NCBI RefSeq assembly: GCF_009914755.1
Contig: NC_060926.1
Length of the DNA: 64,000 nucleotides
DNA from: the human T2T-CHM13v2.0 reference genome, Homo sapiens
Reading direction: 5' to 3' (one strand)
Every line of letters begins with the position of its first letter. Within the stretch, counting starts at the first letter, position 1. Position numbers and translations under genes: made by a program. Under the pieces are notes generated by a model. The model had not been told where the DNA came from and did not search any database. It worked only from the letters and a program-made list of their open reading frames with translations. Positions 30,091-44,285 of this stretch are shown here, piece by piece.

Positions 30091-30780
30091 GTGTGGGAGT
30101 TCGTATTTTCCAAAAATGGCTGTGACAACATTTCCCATTCCATATGACCTTTTTTTATATAGTGGCAAAATACACATAACATAAAATGTATCATTTTAAC
30201 CATTTAAAAATGTACAGCTCAGTGGCATTAAGCACATTCACATTGTGCAACCATCACTGCCATCTTTCCCAGAACTTTTTCATCTTCCCAAACTGACATT
30301 CCATACCACTGAGCACTAACTCTCCATTCTCTCCTCCCCCCAGCCCATGGGACCCATCATTCTACTTTTGTCTCTATTAATCTGAGTACTTTAGGCACCT
30401 CATACGAGTAGAATGGCTGGCTTACTTCACTTAGCATAATGTCTTCAAGGTTCCCATATGAAATTCTTACAGTAGGATTGAGACTCCTCTCCATAGGTCT
30501 ATGTTCCTCTCCTTTGAATCTGGGTGGAATTGTAACTATGGTGTTAGTGACGTTATGCCACCTCCAAAACTAAGTCATAAAAGGCAATGCAATTTCCTTC
30601 TGGTTCTCTTGGAATGCTCACTTTTGGAATCTAGCCACCAAACTGTGAAGATTCCAGCTCTTCATGGAGAGGACCATGGAGAGAGAAACGAGCTCCCCAC
30701 TCACACCCACAACCACAGCTGAGCTCCCATATGACAATCAGCACCAACTTGCCAGCTATGGGATTGAGCCATCTTGAAAG
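30091..30780 (+). mobile_element. Old MLT1 LTR fragment interrupted by an L1 3' fragment (30150-30460)
   Basis: ccaaaaatggctgtgacaac; cctttgaatctgggtgg; gtcataaaaggcaatgca. Confidence 0.6.
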
Positions 30781-31454
30781 TGCCAAGACAATGAAGCAAA
30801 GATGCCAACAAGCAGTGGAATGTAGCAATAAGGAACACATAACAAGTGATATTCAGTAATATGGACAGGTAGAAAATTGTCATTAACCCCGCCAAGAAAT
30901 TTGAGCTCAGAGCAAGCTGCCAATTTCTTGGGAGATATCCTGGGGTACCTAGCAGATTACTAGTAGTGCTCAAATGCTATCTTCCTTCTGTTCTTTGAAT
31001 GCCAAGTTCACTTGCAGCTCATGGCCTTTGTATATAGACCTCTGCCTAAAACACCCTTCTCTAGATCTTGAGACTCTCCAGCCATACTGCTCTGGCTCCT
31101 CATAGAGAGGAGATTTTGGCACAAACCAGTGTTTCCACCTACGTATCTAATTGCAGTTAATGGCACCCAATTGCCTAATAAAAATGTAGGGAAAGGAAGG
31201 GAAAGGTAAGGAAGGGTAGCAGAGGGAAGGGGAGGAGAGGGAAGGAGAGGGAGAAGGGAAAGGAAAGAAAAGAAAGGAGGGAAATTTTTAGAGCTATGGC
31301 ACAGGGCTCTACTTTTTAACCCAGCTCTCTTTAATAATTTGGGTAAATATACAGGAGAGATATATTAAAAAGTTGTGGATTGGCTGGGTGCGATGGCTCA
31401 CACCTGTAATCCTAGCACTTTGGGAGGCTGAGGTTGGTGTATTGCTTGAGGTCA

Positions 31455-31843
<389 letters not shown>

Positions 31844-32013
31844 TAGGGCTACAGGCATATGCCACCACGCCAGGCTAATTTTGTTTTCTTTTTTGCAGAG
31901 ACGACTTGCTATGTTGACCAGGCTGGTCTTGAACTCTTGGCCTTGAGTTGTCCTCCTGCCTCAGCCTCCCAAAGTGATCTAGCCAACAATATTGCTTATA
32001 ATGGACAACTGAA

Positions 32014-32056
<43 letters not shown>

Positions 32057-32164
32057 AGACAGAGTCTCACTCTGTCACCCAGGCTGGAGTGTAGCGGCGT
32101 GATCTCAGCTCGCTGCAATCTCTGCCTCCCGGGTTCAAGTGATTCTCCTGCCTTAGCCTCCTGA

Positions 32165-32338
<174 letters not shown>

Positions 32339-32869
32339 TGAAAGAATATTTTAAATGATCATTCTGCTGCTGATTGATTATGCATACTAGCAGCTTGACT
32401 CAATTTTAACATTTTGCAGTTGAAGTCCATCAACATTACTTATACAGTACTCACATTTCTAAGAGGTATATACCTAGGAGTTGAATTGCTTTGTCATAGG
32501 GTACGTCTGTTCAGCTTTGGTTGGTACTGCCAAACAGTGTTCCAAAGTGGCTGTCAATTTACACTCCTACCAACAGTGAATGAGAGTTCCAGCTGTTCAA
32601 AATTCTCATTGGCCCCTCAATTTTGCTAGTCTTTTAATTTTAGCCTTCCTTAGACATTTGTAGTAGTATCTAAGTGTAGTTTTAATTTGCATTTTCCTGG
32701 TGACTAATGAGATTGAGTGCCTTTTCGTATTTTTAAAGGTCGTTTCTTCTTATGTTGATTACCTGTTGCACGGCACAATGGCTCAAACCTGTAATCCCAC
32801 CACTTTGGGAGGCCAAGGCGGGCAGGCTTACTTGAGCCCAGGAGTTCAAGACCAGCCTGGGCAACGTTA

Positions 32870-33100
<231 letters not shown>

Positions 33101-33174
33101 TTACTGATTTGTAAAAATCTTTATATATTCTACATATATTATTTATCTATATTCTTTATCAGATATATACACTT

Positions 33175-33630
33175 TGCACCAGCATATTTGTAGCACTACT
33201 ATTAGTAATAGTAAACAACTGGTAACAACTCATTTGTCTGGCAGTGGAGGAGTGGATAAATAGTGGTATATTCTTCCAATGGAATACTAAATCATTGCTA
33301 TACAATACTATGGTACTGCTATGAATCTCACAGATGTAATAATGAGTTAAAGAAGCTAGGCACAAAAGAATATTACTGTATGATTCCAATCATATAAAGT
33401 TCAAACCAGATCAAACTAATCAATGAACGAGGAGTCAGGATTCTGGTTATATTCAGGGATAGTGATGGAAGAGGGCTATAAGGAGGGTGTCTGGGTGCAG
33501 GTCATGTTCTAGATCTTGATCTGAGTGGGGGTTACATAGGTGTATTCACTTCATGAGAATTCAGAGGGCTGCACACTAATGATCTGTATAATGCTCCTCT
33601 ATAGTATGTCACACTTCAAAAAAGTTTACA
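33175..33630 (+). mobile_element. L1ME-type 3' end
   Basis: gtttagcactactatt-like start, aatagtggtata, atgaatctcaca, gatcttgatctgagtggg. Confidence 0.7.
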
Positions 33631-34379
33631 GAAACAGTTCCTTCCTAATTTTCACAGGGCCTAAGAGCTAAAAACGCAGCCCCAGCCTGATGTTTCTCTC
33701 TGCTCAGGGTTTCTCGTGCTGTGCCTGTGATAGCTCTTGGTGTCCATGGAAACCAGACAGAGACAGCGTGGTGGGGAAACAAGCCAGAGGGAAACTGTAG
33801 CCAAGAAGCTTTGCACATGCGACAGAGGAACAGACCCCCCTCCCCTGCTCACCACGAGTCTTCCCTCCCTGTACTCTCAGATCTGTCAGCTATAGCCAGT
33901 TCCCTGCCACCACGACTGTCCACCTAGGACAACTCTGGCTGTTGCTTGTCATAATTTACACCCATAACTGCTTCCAGCCCACCTTCTCCGTCACTGGCTT
34001 TCATCTTCCCCAACCCAGCAGGAAAGTTGGCCTGGCAGGGACTCAAAACAAAACAAAAAAAAGGCCTTACCTGGATCAGGGGACACTAATGCCTCATTAA
34101 CCTTACTAAGGGCATAAGCCCAAAAAAGGCCTTTGAGTAGCCATGGTGAATGTTACAGACTCTGTGCATAAGAGCATAAGCTCTTTACTCACAGTAGAGT
34201 TCTCCAGATCCTTGCTCAGAGCTTATGAATCCCTATTTTAAACAGAGTTGTATCACCTTGTTATCTGATTTTTTAGGTCTGCAAAAACACAGGGTAGAAG
34301 TGAGTGGGTGAAATTCTCCCGAGGGTGCCCACGTGCCTGGCTTTGTTAAGTTTGGGAATTATTCTGGATATATCTGGGT

Positions 34380-34590
34380 ACGAATGTGTGTATGCAAGCA
34401 TATGTGTGGGGCTTCTGGGTATACTCATGTGTTGGTTATAATGACTTTGTGTGCGAGAGTGTGTGCATTAGCATTTCCTGCATCTGTCGGCTTCGTGTGT
34501 GCATATTGAATGTATGCTATATGAGGACGTTTGTGAATGAATTTGTCGTTTTGTGGGTTTATATGTGTACATGTGATCAGATGTAAAATA
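34380..34590. repeat. Degenerate (TG)-rich low-complexity tract
   Basis: Read directly. Confidence 0.7.
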
Positions 34591-34735
34591 TGTAAATGAG
34601 AATTTACACTTTTTTGACTGTAGGAAATATGACAGAGCATTTGTAGGGCTGCTTATAAGTTTATGTCTTCAAGCTAAACTGTAAGTTTGTATGTGGATTT
34701 ATATAGGGATAGCTCTAGGGAAAGTTTCCAAGTCA

Positions 34736-34815
34736 TATGGTTGAACCATATGGAATTGCCATTTTGTGGGCTAAAAATGGTTAAGTATTCTATAATTTTT
34801 GTATGATTCTAATTA
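34736..34815. mobile_element. MADE2 mariner-derived MITE (degraded)
   Basis: ggttgaaccatatggaattgccattttgtggg...; ~80 bp. Confidence 0.65.
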
Positions 34816-35898
34816 ATGGGTGTGTATGTACATGCGTATAAACACATACATAAATTCAAGTTAGCATAGCCCCTACACCAATTAGTAATACCATCAGAGC
34901 TGAGAAGAAGACGATCACCATGAGTATGAGATCCGGGAAGAAACTTAACATGGACCTTGAGGGAAGGATAAGATATGGAAAGAATGATGAATAATGGAAC
35001 AGAAAGTTGCAAAAGGGAAATAGTGGGAAATGAGGTTGAAAGTTGTTTACCCGGGAAAGCCTTCTCTGACACTTGTTTTGTATTCACGCACCCCAAGTTT
35101 GGCTCTGCCTCGGGCTTCTACAAACCCCCATGAAGTGACTCTATGACAACACTTGTCACCCTGAACTGTAATTGTTAATCTAATTGGCTGTCTTCCCCAC
35201 CAGGCAACAAGTTCACTGAGGGCAATAACTGTCTCTCTGGTTCACTTATATTCCCAACACTTAGGACAAAGCTTGGTACAGAATGGAAACTTAGCTAGCA
35301 TTTGTTGAAGAAACAGATGGCTGAAAGCCAGGTCTTCTGATACAGCAGTGCATTGTCAGGCTAAGGAGTGCAACTCGTTCTGGCCAGCACATGTGACTGT
35401 CAGTTCTTTGGCAACTGACAGACATTTTGGAGAGTTGATTAACATGCACAAAACATCATTTAAAAATACTAATTTGGGAGTGGTATCAAGAATAGACAGA
35501 AGTAGGCTAGGTGAGGTGGCTCACATCTGTAATCCCAGCATTTTTAGAAGGCCAAGGCAGGATCGCTTGAGACTAGGAGTTCAGGACCAGCTTGGGCAAT
35601 ATAGAGAGACCGTGTCTCTTAAAAAAATAAAAATTAAAAAAAGGCCAGGTGTGGTGGCACACACCTGTAGTCCTGGAACTTTGGGAGTCTGAGGCAGGAG
35701 GATCACTTGAGCCCAGGAATTCAAGACCAGCTTGGGCAACACAGGGAGACCCCATCTCTACAAAAAATAAAAAAATTAGCCCAGGCATGATGGCTCACAC
35801 CTGTAATCCCAGCACTTTGGAATACTGAGGTGGGTGGATCACTTGAAGTCAGGAGTTTGAGACTGGCTTGGCCCAAATGGCAAAACCCTGTCTGTACC

Positions 35899-35929
<31 letters not shown>

Positions 35930-35998
35930 GCCAGGCATGGTGGTGCACAGAACAAGTCACCCTATCCACTTGTGCATGCCTGTAATCCCAGGCACTCA

Positions 35999-36229
<231 letters not shown>

Positions 36230-36615
36230 TCAACACTACTGCACTCCACCCTGGCTGCCAGAGTGAGACCTGGTCTTAAAAAAAAAAAAAAGAGAGAGAA
36301 AAGAAAAGAAGGTTATGTAGGTTATGGTTAGCCATCAGAAGCCCAGTAGTTCCTAGGCATCTGGCAATAAATACCTACATGACAATGGCAATGGGAATGG
36401 ACAGCAAGGAAGAGATGAAAAAACTACAATAGGAACAGCTTCTTGGTGACTGCTAGGTGTGGGGCAAACCGAGAAAGTGGAGTGAAGGCTGACCCCACGT
36501 TCTGGAGCCCGAGTGGCTGAGATGATGACAGTTACTCTGACAGAAATGAGACCCCAAAGGAGAGCTATTTAAACAGTGACAAGATCTGTTTTGAACACGC
36601 TGTAGTTTTGGATGT

Positions 36616-36774
36616 TGATATGGTTTGGCTGTGTCCCCATCCAAATCTTATCTTGAATTGTAAACCCCATAATCCTCATGTGTTGTGGGAGGGATTTGGT
36701 AGGAGGTAATTGAATCATGGGGGCGGTTTTCCCCATGTTGTTCTCGTGATAGTGAGTGAGTTTTCACAAGATCT
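36616..36774 (+). mobile_element. THE1C/D-type MaLR 5' LTR, truncated after ~160 bp
   Basis: TGATATGGTTTGGCTGTGTCCCC start; colinear with the 3' LTR at 40462 up to AGATCT. Confidence 0.9.
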
Positions 36775-39430
36775 TAATCATTTTCCCCTTCCACAAGATA
36801 TCACACTGGTCCATTACATTGATGACATTGTGCTGATTGGATCCAGTGAGCAAGAAGTAGCAAGCACGCTGGACTTACTGGTGAGACATTTGTGTGCCAG
36901 GGGATGGGAAATAAATCTAAAATCTAAAATCCCTGACTAAAAATCAGGGACCTTCCACCTCAGTAAAATTTCTAGGAGTCCAGTGCTGTGGGGCCTGTGG
37001 AGTATTAGATATTCCTTCTAAGGTGAGGGATAAGTTGCTGCATTTGGCCCCTCCTACAACCAAGAAAGAGGCACAGTGCCTAGTGGGCCTATTTGGATTT
37101 TGGAGGCAACACATTCCTCATTTAGGGGTGTTACTCCTGCCCATTTATTGAGTGACCTGAAAGGCTGCCAGTTTTGAGTGGGGTCCAGAAAGGAGAAGGC
37201 TCTGCAGTAGGTCCAGGCTGCTATGCAAGCTGCTCTGCCACTTGGGCCATATGACCCAGTGGATCCAATGGTGCTTGAGGTGTCAGTGGCAGATAAGGAT
37301 GCTGTTTGGAGTCTTTGGCAGGCCTGCATCGGTGAATTACAGTGGAGGCCTCTAGGATTTTGGAGCAAGGCTCTGCCATCTTCTGCAGATAAATACTCTC
37401 CTTTTGAGAGACGGCTCTTGGCCTGTTACTGGTCTTTGGTGGAAACTGAACATTTGACTATGGATCATCAAGTCACCATGCAACCTGAACTGCCTATCAT
37501 AAACTGGGTGCTTTCTGACCCATCTAGCCATAAAGTGGGTTATGCACAGCAGCATTCCATCATCAAATGGAAGTGGTATATATGGGATCAGGCTCAAGCA
37601 GGTCCTGAAGGTGCAAGTAAGTTACATGAGGAAGTGGTTCAAATGCCCATGGTCTCCACTCCTGCCACCCTGCCTTCTCTCCCCAAGCCTTCACTGATGG
37701 CCTCATAGAGAGTTACCTATGATCAGAGGAAGAGAAGACTAGGGCCTGGTTTCTAGATGATTCTTCATGATATGCAGGAACTACCCGAAAGTGGACAGCT
37801 GCAGCACTACAGCCTCTTTCTAGGACATCCCTGAAGGACAGTGGCAAAGGGAAATCTTCCAAGTGGGCAGAACTTCAAGCAGAGCACCTGGTTGTGCACT
37901 TTGCTTGGAAGGAGAAATGATCATGAGCTGTAGCCAATGGTTTGGCTGGATGGTCAGGGACTTGGAAGAAGCATGATTGGAAAATTGGTGACAAAGAAAT
38001 TTGGGGAAGAGGTATGTAGGTGGACCTCTCTTGAGTGGTCAAAAACTGTGAAGATATTTGTATCCCATGTGAGTGCTCATCAGAGTGTGAGGAGGATTTT
38101 AATAATCAAGTGGATAGGATGACTTGTTCTGTGGATACCACTCAGTCTCTTTCCCCACCCTCCCCTGTCATCACCCAATGGGCTCATGAACAAAGTGGCT
38201 ATGGTGGCAGAGACGGAGGTTTTGCATGCGTTCAGCAACATGGACTTCCACTCACCAAGGCTGCCCTTTCTATGGTCACTGCTGAGTGCCCAATTTGCCA
38301 GCAGCAAAGACCAATGCTGGGCCCTTGATATAGCATCATTCCTTGGGGTGATCAGCCACCTACTTGGTGGCAGGTTTATTATATTGGACCTTTCCATCAT
38401 GGAAATATGATTGTCCTCACTGGAATAGCCACTTACTCTGAATATGGTTTTGCCTATCCTGCCTGCAATGCTTCTGCCTAGAAGAATTGCATAGTAGACT
38501 GCATATGGAATTGCAGTCCATAGAAACATCTATGGACTCATGGAATGCCTTATCCACTGTCTTGGTATTCCACACAGCACTGCCTCTGATCAAGGCACTT
38601 TGTGACTAAAGAAGTGCAGCAGTGGGCTCATGCTAATGGAATTTGGTGGTCTTACCATGTTCACCATCATCCTGAAGCAACTGGATTAATAGAACAGTGG
38701 CGTAGCCTTTTGAAGTCACAATTACAATGGCAACTAGGTGACAGTACTTTGCAGGGCTGGGTCAAAGTTCTCCGGAAGGTTGTATATGCCCTGAATTAGC
38801 TTCCAAAATGTGGTACTATTTCTCCCATAGCCAGGATTCATGGGTCCAGGAATCAAGGGGTGGAAGTGGAAGTGGTACCACTCACCATCACCCCTAGTGA
38901 CCCACTAGCAAAATTTTTGCTTCCTGTTGCAGTTACATTACGTTCTGCTGGCCTAGAGGTCTTAGTTCCAGAGGGAGGAATGCTGCCACCAGGAGACACA
39001 CAATGGTTCCATTAAAGTGGAAGTTAAGACTGCCACTTGGCCACTTTGGGCTCCTCCTACTTCTAAGTCAACAGGCTAAGAAAGGAGTTACAGTGCTGGC
39101 TAAGATGATTTACCCAAACTATCAAGATGAAATCAGTCTGCTACTCCACAATGGAGGTAAGGAAGAGTATGCATGGAATACAGGACATTCCTTAGGGTGT
39201 CTCTTAGTATTACCATGCCCTATGATTAGGGTCAATCAGAAACTACAACAACCCAATCCAGGCAGGACTACGAATGGCCCAGACCCTTCAGGAATGAAAG
39301 TTTGAGTCACTACACCAGGTAAAAACCATGACCCCCTGAGGTGCTTGCTGAAGGCAAAGGTAATAGAGAAGGGGTAGTAGAAGAAGGTAGTCATCAATAC
39401 CAGCTATGCCCACATGACCAGTTGCAGTAA
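36769..39430 (+). mobile_element. HERV-L pol fragment: RT C-terminus, RNase H, integrase, dUTPase (degraded)
   Basis: LVHYIDD at 36815-36826; RPLGFWSKALPSSADKYSPFERRLLACYW; integrase zinc finger WAHEQSG...CPICQQ; dUTPase-like ORF 39003..39305 downstream of integrase, an ERV-L hallmark. Confidence 0.92.
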
Positions 39431-40461
39431 TGAGAAGCCAAATGTTAATCACCAAGATGGTGGAGAAAATGTCTCCAGGACATGTCAGAGGTCCTAATGG
39501 CCGCTCCTCCCATCACAGATCTGAAGGCTTAGGAGGGAAAAAATGGTTTTGTGGGCCAGGTCTGGGGCTTTGCTGCTTTGTGCAGTCTCCAGACTTGGTG
39601 CCCTGTGTCCTAGCCATGGACAAAAGGGGCCAATGTACAGCTCAGGCCATTGGTTTAGAGGGTGCAATCCCCAAGCCTTGGTGGCTTCCACATGGTGTTA
39701 GGCCTGCGGGTGCACAGAAGTCAAGAATTGAGGTTTGGGAATCTACACCTAGATTTCAGAGGATGTATGGAAATGCCTGGATATCCAGGTAGGAGTTTGC
39801 TGCAAGGATGGAGCCCTCATGGAGAACCTCTGCTAGGGCAGTGCAGAAGGGAAATCTGGGGTTGAAGACCCCACACCGAGTCCCCACCGGGGCATTGCCT
39901 AGTGGAGCTGTGAGAAGAGGGCCACTGTCCTCCAGACCCCAGAATGGTAGATCCACCGACGGCTTGCACCATGCACCTGGAAAAGCTGCAGACACTCAGT
40001 GCTAGCCTGTGAAAGCAGCTGGAAGGGGCGCTGCACCCTGCAAAGCCACAGTGGTGGAGCTTCCCAAGGCCATGAGAGCCCACCTCTTGCATCAGCTTGA
40101 CTTGGATGTGAGACATGGAGTCATAGGAGATCATTTTGGAACTTTAAGGTTTAATGACTGCTGTTATTGGTTTGTGGACTTGCATGGGGCCTGTAGCCCC
40201 TTTGTTTTGGCCAATTTCTCCCATTTGGAATGGGTGTATTTACCCAGTGCCTGTACCCCCATTGTATCTAGGAAGTAACTAGCTTGTTTTTGATTTTACA
40301 GGCTCATTGGCAAAAGGGACTTGCCTTGTCTCAAATGAGACTTTGGACTTGGACTTTTGGGTGTATGCTGGAATGAGTTAAGACTTTTGGGGACTGTTGG
40401 GAAGGCATGATTATGTTTTGAAATGTGAGGACATGAGATTTGGGAGGGGGCAGGAGTAGGA
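39428..40461 (+). mobile_element. THE1 internal region, 3' part, with polypurine tract
   Basis: THE1-int motifs (TCAAGAATTGAGGTTTGGGA, GGATGTATGGAAATGCCTGG, AGTGGAGCTGTGAGAAGAGGGCCA); PPT TTTGGGAGGGGGCAGGAGTAGGA immediately before the LTR. Confidence 0.9.
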
Positions 40462-40802
40462 TGGTATGGTTTGGCTGTGTCCCCACCCAAATCTCATCTT
40501 GAATTTTAATCTCCATAATCCCCACGTGTCATGAGAGGGACCTGGTGGGATATAATTGAATCATGGGGGTGGTTTCCCCCATGCTGTTCTCATGATAGTG
40601 AGTAAGTTCTCACAAGATCTGATAGTTTTATAAGTGTCTGGCATTTCCCCTGCTGGCACTCATTCTCTCTTCTGCCACCCTGTGAAGAGGTGCCTTCTAC
40701 CATGATTGTAAGCTTCCTGAGGCCTCCCCAGCCATGGGGAACTGTGAGTCAGTTAAACCTCTTTTCTTTCTAAATTACCCAGTCAAAATTATTTCTTCAT
40801 AG
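40462..40802 (+). mobile_element. THE1C/D-type 3' LTR lacking its last ~20 bp
   Basis: TGGTATGGTTTGGCTGTGTCC...CATGATTGTAAGCTTCCTGAGGCCTCCCCAGCC...TTCTTCATAG. Confidence 0.9.
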
Positions 40803-41186
40803 TGATAGTGACAGGAGGCAGACAAATGCCTAAGCAGATAGGGGTGGGTCCCTGGTGAAACCCAACCTTCAAGCTGAAGACAGTCCCAGGTAAATTCTCA
40901 GACCAGATCAAAAACCTGTCTTCCCATTTGGTGCACTTTCCTCTGATGGATCCCACCCTTCACCTATTTTACGTATACCTACCCTTCCCTAATTGTTTTT
41001 TTTACACTGTCGTGCCCATCTTTGAGTGGTACATTTTAGAGTAACCCTGCTTATTCCTGCGAACCAACCAGCAATCTCCAGCTGCAGTTCAGAAGAAACA
41101 AAAGGGCTGGGTAATGTAAAAATCTGGATCAATATTCTAGTTCTGGGCAATTATTCTGCAAATCCTGCCAGGTGATAGGAGTAAAT
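40803..41186 (+). mobile_element. MER4-group (ERV1) LTR fragment (LTR29/MER48-like) plus a short internal fragment
   Basis: TGATAGTGACAGGAGGCAGACAAATGCC...GGGTCCCTGGTGAAACCCAACCTTCAAG; then aaaaatctggatcaatattctagttctgggc; subfamily uncertain. Confidence 0.6.
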
Positions 41187-41654
41187 TTATTAGATATAAA
41201 ATCAATATTTCCAAATTGATTAGATTTCTAAAATAGCAGTAGACAGAAAATATAATTTGAAAATATCATTTACAGTAGCAACAAGCTACAACAAATATAT
41301 CATACAAAGATTAGTAAAACCTCTAAGAGAAAATAAACTTTATTTAGAGCTGTTAAAGAATACCTAAGCCGGCCTGACGCAGTGGCTCATGCCTGTAATC
41401 CCAGGACTTTAGGAGGCTGAGGCGGGCAGATCATTTGAGGTCAGGAGTTCGAGACTAGCCTGGCCAACATGGTGAAACCCTCTCTGTACTAAAAATACAA
41501 AAATTATCTGGGTGTGGTTGTGCAGGTCTGTAATCCTAGCTACTCAGGAAGCTGAGGCAGGAGAATTGCTTGAACCCAGGAGACAGATGTTGCAGTGAGT
41601 TGAGATTGTGCCACTGCACTCCAGCCTGGGTGACAGAGTGAGACTCTTGTCTCA

Positions 41655-42012
<358 letters not shown>

Positions 42013-43998
42013 TCATTGTTAGCTAAAAGTGTAAAGATGTCAGTTCCCCTTAAATTAATCTATAGAACCAATGCTATTACAGGTACAATCCCAAAGAGAA
42101 TTTGACAAGATGATTCTAAATTTTATGTGGAGGCACAAAGGATTGATAATAGTTAAGGCAGTCCTAAAAAAGAACAAGTTGGGAATACCGGATATCCAGA
42201 CTTATCTTAGACCCTCTAAGAGTAAATATAAGCTTGCCATCCATGTATTCAGATCCTCCAGAATCACACTCCACTTTATCTGTCCTATCTCATCTGCCTG
42301 TGCTCCTCAGCATGAAACGTTTGTTCCAGTCTGCTTGATCTCACGGTCTGCTGAATTTGAGCTGTGGCCACCTCCCTTTGCCTTTGCTCTTTCTGTTTTC
42401 CTTGCCTTTAATTTACTAACTCCTCCTTTCTATCAACCCCTGGCCTGGCCCTACTCAAATATTACCTCCAATATATTTATATATTTTTGGTTCTCCAGTT
42501 TACATAAGTCTCTTTCCTCCAAACTCTTATACCACTTTTTGGTTCTGCTATTTATTCTTCTATTTTTTTCATATATAGCATAGAAAGAGAGGAGAAAAGG
42601 GAGAAGGGAACACAGAGCTGGGCATTCAGAATTAGCCATATGTATGCCTGATACAGCTGATTAGGAGCTCTACAGTTTCCCTGAACATGGATCCAAGATC
42701 TGACAGAAAGCTTGCCAAGAGCCATTGAACACTCACCGGCTGACTTATATGGGAAGCGTCTTACAGCCTGATAAGATCTTACAGAATCGGTGGCAACCTG
42801 AAGTTGTTTTCAGGACATAAGAGCTATTTTTACCTCTCTTCATCTGGTTAACAGTTTGTCCATGAAAACAAAAAGACTAAAAACCCAGACACAACCTGAA
42901 TGTCCACCAATAGGGGTTCTGGCTACATTACAGAACAACCACAGGCAGCTAGTTAAAAAAAAAGGGAGACAACTCCATGTGACTGACAGGGAATTATCAC
43001 CAAGAGATAGATAAGAGAAAAAAAAATCAAGGTGCAAAACAACATCACCATGTGTGGCTTTTCTTGTTTGTTTGTTTGTTTAATACTCATGGTTTTGAAC
43101 CTGCAGAGAGACTTTGGTAATTGTGGGTGCCTAAGAAGAGGGACTGAGGGTTGGAAGTTAAGAGTAGGAGACTGGCTTTCCACTGAATATCCTTTTACAA
43201 CTTTTGTATTTTGTACCCTGTGTAACTATTGACTACTCAACAAATAAATGTTCAAGAGGAAATAAAAGGAAACAAAGATATTGAAAACAAACCAGCAAAT
43301 TAGATGGTGTCAAAGGACAGAATTCTGACTTTTGTACTGTATCTTAGAAGACCAAAAGCAATGCCTAGCCAGGACAGCACGGTCCTCATTAAAGCTAAGA
43401 TGACCTTCTATCCTGACTTTCAGCTAAAGTGTGAAGTGGAGGAAGCACAGAGCTAAGCTATAGCTGCAAAATTCAGTACCTTTAAAAAGATACTTGCATC
43501 AGAATTATAACTGGGAGAGAATGGGTTGCTTAGCACTGGTTATTCCAGAAAGAGAACCAAATTACAAACCATGCCTGTAATCCCAGCACTTTCGGAGGCT
43601 GAGGCAGATGTATCACAAGGTCAGGAGTTCGACACCAGCCTGGCCAATATGGCGAAACCCCATCTCTACTAAAAATACAAAAAAAATTAGCTGGGCATGG
43701 TGGCACATGCCTGTAATCCCAGCTACTCAGGAGGCCGAGGCAGGAGAATTGAACCCAGGAGGTGGAGGTTGCAGTGAGCCGAGATGGGGCCACTGCACTA
43801 CAGCCTGGGCGACAGAGAGAGACCCTATCTCAAAAAAAAAAAAAAAGAAAAAGCCAAAAAATAACCCTTTGTAGTTGCAAACCACAAGCTAGTTATTTTT
43901 TTTGTTTGTTTTTTTTTGTTGTTGTTGTTGTTGTTTGTTTTTTGTTAATGGCACAATGAAGTCAGGGACTCAGGTTCTTTTTTTTTTTTTTTTTTTGA

Positions 43999-44285
<287 letters not shown>

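Noticed and set aside
37223-39305. Possible functional retroviral pol or dUTPase
   Set aside because: Fragmented into short frames; the RT N-terminus is absent
42071-42583. 170-aa ORF
   Set aside because: N-terminal part is a degraded L1 ORF2 piece (DKMILNFMWR); the rest is low-complexity read-through
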